Assembly: GCA_000092065.1 (NCBI GenBank)
Contig: CP000594.1
Source of the DNA: Ostreococcus lucimarinus
Lineage: Eukaryota
Length of the DNA: 64,000 nt
Reading direction: 5' to 3' (one strand)
The position numbers were made by a program, and so were the translations under genes. Of this stretch, positions 61,370-64,000 are shown piece by piece (positions within the stretch are counted from its first letter, which is position 1; each line of letters starts with the position of its first letter). Below the pieces are notes generated by a model that was not told where the DNA came from, ran no database searches, and worked only from the letters and a program-made list of their open reading frames with translations.

Positions 61370-62308
61370 ATGGTGTACGGCGCCGTCCCCGTTAAGGACG
61401 AGGAGAACCCTCTCCTGGGCGTCCGATCATCTTCGAAGCGACCACGTTCGTTCGCGTACGGCGTTATCGCCGTCGTCTGCGTCGCGGCGCTTGCAATTTC
61501 GGGCGTCTCGCGCGCCACCGATGAATCCTCACGAGAGGATCATCTCTCCGCTTTGGGCGATCTTTCGAATGACTATCTCGCGAAGAGATCCTGGTGGCAG
61601 GACGTGAAGACTGCGAATGAAACCCTCATCACCGCGAAGCAGGCGTCCGACAAGGCGATGGAAGCCGCGGCCGAGGCGGAGGAGAAGTTCGACGAGCTTA
61701 AGCTTGATGCCGAGGAGAAAGACCGCATGTGCACAGATATTCATAAGGCTGAAGACCAAACATCGGGGTGCGACGACCATTGTTCCACCGGCGCTGTCCA
61801 GGCATCGCGTCTTGGATGGGGCTCGTGGTCCGTGTCTTCGTGGTCCTGGTCCGTGTCTTCGTGGTGGCAGTCTATTCGCCAAAGAGCTGCAGAAGCGGCA
61901 AAAAAGGCGGCCGAGGCCAAGAAAGCCAAGTGCATGGAGACGTGCAAAAGTCTCGACTGCGGTTTACCGAAATGTAAGAACGCCCCGGCACATCGAACAT
62001 GTCCTCCCGCATACTCGGGCGACCGGTGCAAAACTGGTTTTGATTTGTACGCTGACAAACCATATAGAAACATCGGGTGGCGTGTAGGAATAACCGGAGT
62101 CGATGAAAGCAGGAAATATTTTAAATGCCTCGGTACATACTGTAACCCTCCGATAGGGGCAGAGTATTACTTTCCAGATAAAAGAACCAACAAGTGCACA
62201 GAACGGGTTGTCATGGAACGGAAGGATACCTGGGGCAGGCTGAAATCCTACCACACCGTGGGTGTTGGCTCCGACTACTTAAGCGAGTGTGGAAAATGTA
62301 CCGATTAA
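61370..62308 (+). CDS. Type-II membrane-anchored, Cys- and Trp-rich extracellular protein (313 aa), in a locally low-GC segment
   Basis: ATG 61370 (the track start at 61358 is GTG). Signal anchor FAYGVIAVVCVAALAISGV, a coiled-coil stretch, a WGSWSVSSWSWSVSSWW repeat, then a Cys-rich C-terminus (CMETCKSLDCGLPKCKN...CPPAYSGDRCKTG...CLGTYCNPP...CTERV...CGKCTD). Codon usage is visibly more AT-rich than in the neighbouring genes. Confidence 0.55.
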   Translation: MVYGAVPVKDEENPLLGVRSSSKRPRSFAYGVIAVVCVAALAISGVSRATDESSREDHLSALGDLSNDYLAKRSWWQDVKTANETLITAKQASDKAMEAAAEAEEKFDELKLDAEEKDRMCTDIHKAEDQTSGCDDHCSTGAVQASRLGWGSWSVSSWSWSVSSWWQSIRQRAAEAAKKAAEAKKAKCMETCKSLDCGLPKCKNAPAHRTCPPAYSGDRCKTGFDLYADKPYRNIGWRVGITGVDESRKYFKCLGTYCNPPIGAEYYFPDKRTNKCTERVVMERKDTWGRLKSYHTVGVGSDYLSECGKCTD

Positions 62309-62730
62309 GTCGGCTTTCACCCTCGCCTATCAAGATTTTCTCAGACAACACCGACGATTTTTCAAACGTCCCCGCGTCGTTGTTTTTTGAGTACTATCCA
62401 AAGTTAAGTTTTACATAAGTCCTTCCAGCTCCTTGACTGAAAAGTTGTATTTTGCAATACTGCGCTCGGTGGGCGGCGTGCCTCGGTCGTGCGCGTTTTA
62501 AACACGTTTTTCGGAGGATTTTCGCCGCATGTTCGTTGTAGTATTGCAATTGGTACAACCCCCTTCGTCTTGTTCCACGAGAACTGAGGGACGCATTGAT
62601 AGACATCATCAAGAACCCGGAGACGCCGAGGGAGGAGGAGGTGGCAGAGTTGCCTCCATTCGCGCGACCAGAGCGTTGACGCGCTCTTCGAGTTCGTCGA
62701 GCGCCGCCGCGCGCGTCGACGCCGCGCGCG

Positions 62731-63912
62731 ATGGCGCGCTCGACGCGCTCGGGCGATGCGACGCGCGTCGACGCCTTGATGCGCGCGGTCGACGCGGTCG
62801 CGGACGCGCTCGGCGACGCGGGCGAGGCGAATCATCGCGCGTTTCGGGACGACGCAGAACGCATCGCGACGGCGCTGGAGCGAACGCTGACGCGCGACGA
62901 GGACGCGGACGCGTTCGCGGTGCTGGGCGTCGAACACACGGCTTCGATGTGGACGGCGTGCGTGGACGCGTGGACGCGGGCGGCGGAGACGCGCGAGGCG
63001 ACGCGCGCGACGGCGGCGACGCTGCGGGACGTCGCGGCGGCGGCGCGAGACGCGGAACGCGCGTGGGCCGCGAAACGCGCGCGAGGGGTGGCGAGAGAAC
63101 TGGAGGAGGTGGAATTGAGACACGACGCGCGAGTGCGCCGAGGCGAGGACGCGGCGCGAAGAGCGCGACTCGTCGGACGATTTCGAGCGGAGGAGACGGC
63201 GGCGCGGGACGCGCTCGGCGACGCGGGCGAGGCGAGCGCGGGCGTGGACGTCGTGGCGCGGTTTCGAGCGCTCGAGGGCGAGTTTTTGTGGCGCGAGGAG
63301 TGCGTGCTGCGAGGCGAGCGCGGGGCGAGCGCGCTGGAGGCGAGCGTGCGGGCGTTCGAGCCGGATTCGAGGGTGGGCGCGTTGGCGCTCGCGGTGACGC
63401 GCGCGGCGCGTTGGCGCGAGCGAGTGGCGACGTTCGAGGGACGGCGCGACGACGAATTCGAGCGCCGATGCGATCAAGACGTCATCGCGCGCATGGAGGC
63501 GCAGCACCCCGCGCTCGTGGCGCAGTACGTGATGTGGATGAAAGACGCCGCGTTGGAGTCGAGCGAACGCGCGGCTTCGAGCGCCGTCGCCGCCGCGACG
63601 ACGCATCTCTACGATTTCCTCCTCGCCCTCGACGCCGACGTCTACGACGCCGTTTTCGACGCCCAAGGCCGCGCGAACGTCCTCTGCGCGTCGTTCAACG
63701 CCCTCCACGTCCTGCGCTCGCGCGCGTCGCCGTCCTCGCCGCCGCCTCGGCTCGCCGCCGACGCGCGCGCGTTAATCTCTCGTCTCGTCGTCCGCGTCGA
63801 CGCCGAGCGCGACGCCGAGATCGCGCTTCACGGCGACGACTGGGGCCAGGCCGCGTTCGCCGTCGTCGCCGCGCGCTTGGCGAGCCAGAGATTACTCGAA
63901 GTCGTCGCGTAG
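62731..63912 (+). CDS. Hypothetical α-helical Ala/Arg/Asp/Glu-rich protein (393 aa)
   Basis: ATG 62731 and TAG 63912 verified. The sense strand has protein-like composition, whereas the antisense ORF 62404..63708 is poly-Arg artefact. No recognisable domain. Confidence 0.45.
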   Translation: MARSTRSGDATRVDALMRAVDAVADALGDAGEANHRAFRDDAERIATALERTLTRDEDADAFAVLGVEHTASMWTACVDAWTRAAETREATRATAATLRDVAAAARDAERAWAAKRARGVARELEEVELRHDARVRRGEDAARRARLVGRFRAEETAARDALGDAGEASAGVDVVARFRALEGEFLWREECVLRGERGASALEASVRAFEPDSRVGALALAVTRAARWRERVATFEGRRDDEFERRCDQDVIARMEAQHPALVAQYVMWMKDAALESSERAASSAVAAATTHLYDFLLALDADVYDAVFDAQGRANVLCASFNALHVLRSRASPSSPPPRLAADARALISRLVVRVDAERDAEIALHGDDWGQAAFAVVAARLASQRLLEVVA

Positions 63913-64000
63913 CCCGGCGCGGCTCGCGGCGGCCCGGGACGTCAACCGTCGACCGCACTCCGTCGCGCGCCATGCGCTCGACCGCGCTCGCGCGCTCGAC

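Noticed and set aside
1-64000. Prokaryotic interpretation (operons, defence systems, CRISPR arrays, prophage)
   Set aside because: The window has spliceosomal introns with GT..AG boundaries and branch motifs, intron-containing tRNA-Tyr and tRNA-Leu, Pol III oligo-T terminators, and eukaryote-specific proteins (Sec61α, eS24, P2, EB1, DDRGK1, PP4R3, exportin). No spacer-repeat arrays with unique spacers were seen; the regular repeats are coding.

Overview
This window reads as GC-rich (roughly two-thirds GC by eye; not computed), gene-dense eukaryotic nuclear DNA. It is not prokaryotic: several genes have short spliceosomal introns, and two of the three tRNA genes carry introns. The intron signature is consistent: GTGCGT, GTGAGT or GTACGT donors, a CTGAC branch-point motif 20–35 nt upstream of a YAG acceptor, and Pol III oligo-T terminators after the tRNAs. 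This signature, the tiny intergenic spacers (often under 300 bp, with convergent gene ends 45–230 bp apart) and the composition are consistent with a prasinophyte green alga such as Micromonas; that assignment is inference only. About 45 protein-coding genes are called, most of them single long exons. They include Sec61α, ribosomal proteins S24 and P2, plastid RPL6 and RPS17, DDRGK1, EB1, a PP4 regulatory subunit, a D27-like carotene isomerase, TerC, an RPAP2-like protein and a TTM-type uridine-kinase/CYTH protein, plus tRNA-Leu(UAG) and tRNA-Tyr(GUA) (both with introns) and tRNA-Thr(CGU). The ORF track includes GTG/TTG/ATT 'M' starts, so starts were re-set to the first ATG where checked. Many long Arg/Ala-rich ORFs antisense to real genes are GC-composition artefacts and are not called. 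The most notable structure is an inverted pair of ankyrin-like paralogues with Mimivirus-type repeats (GHLECLKYAHENGCPWD). They share 5' flanks and a (GAGAC)n microsatellite, each sits next to a tRNA gene, and together they bracket a 14.4 kb block of ordinary genes. Other points worth a second look: an apparent +1 frameshift that removes the conserved C-terminal 'LFD' motif of ribosomal protein P2, a CBS-domain gene interrupted by an in-frame stop, two putative small spliced genes, a pair of adjacent hairpins, a low-GC Cys/Trp-rich membrane-protein gene, and an FAD-monooxygenase–ankyrin fusion. No prokaryotic defence systems, CRISPR arrays or mobile elements are present. Hand-derived exon coordinates may be off by ±1–2 nt.
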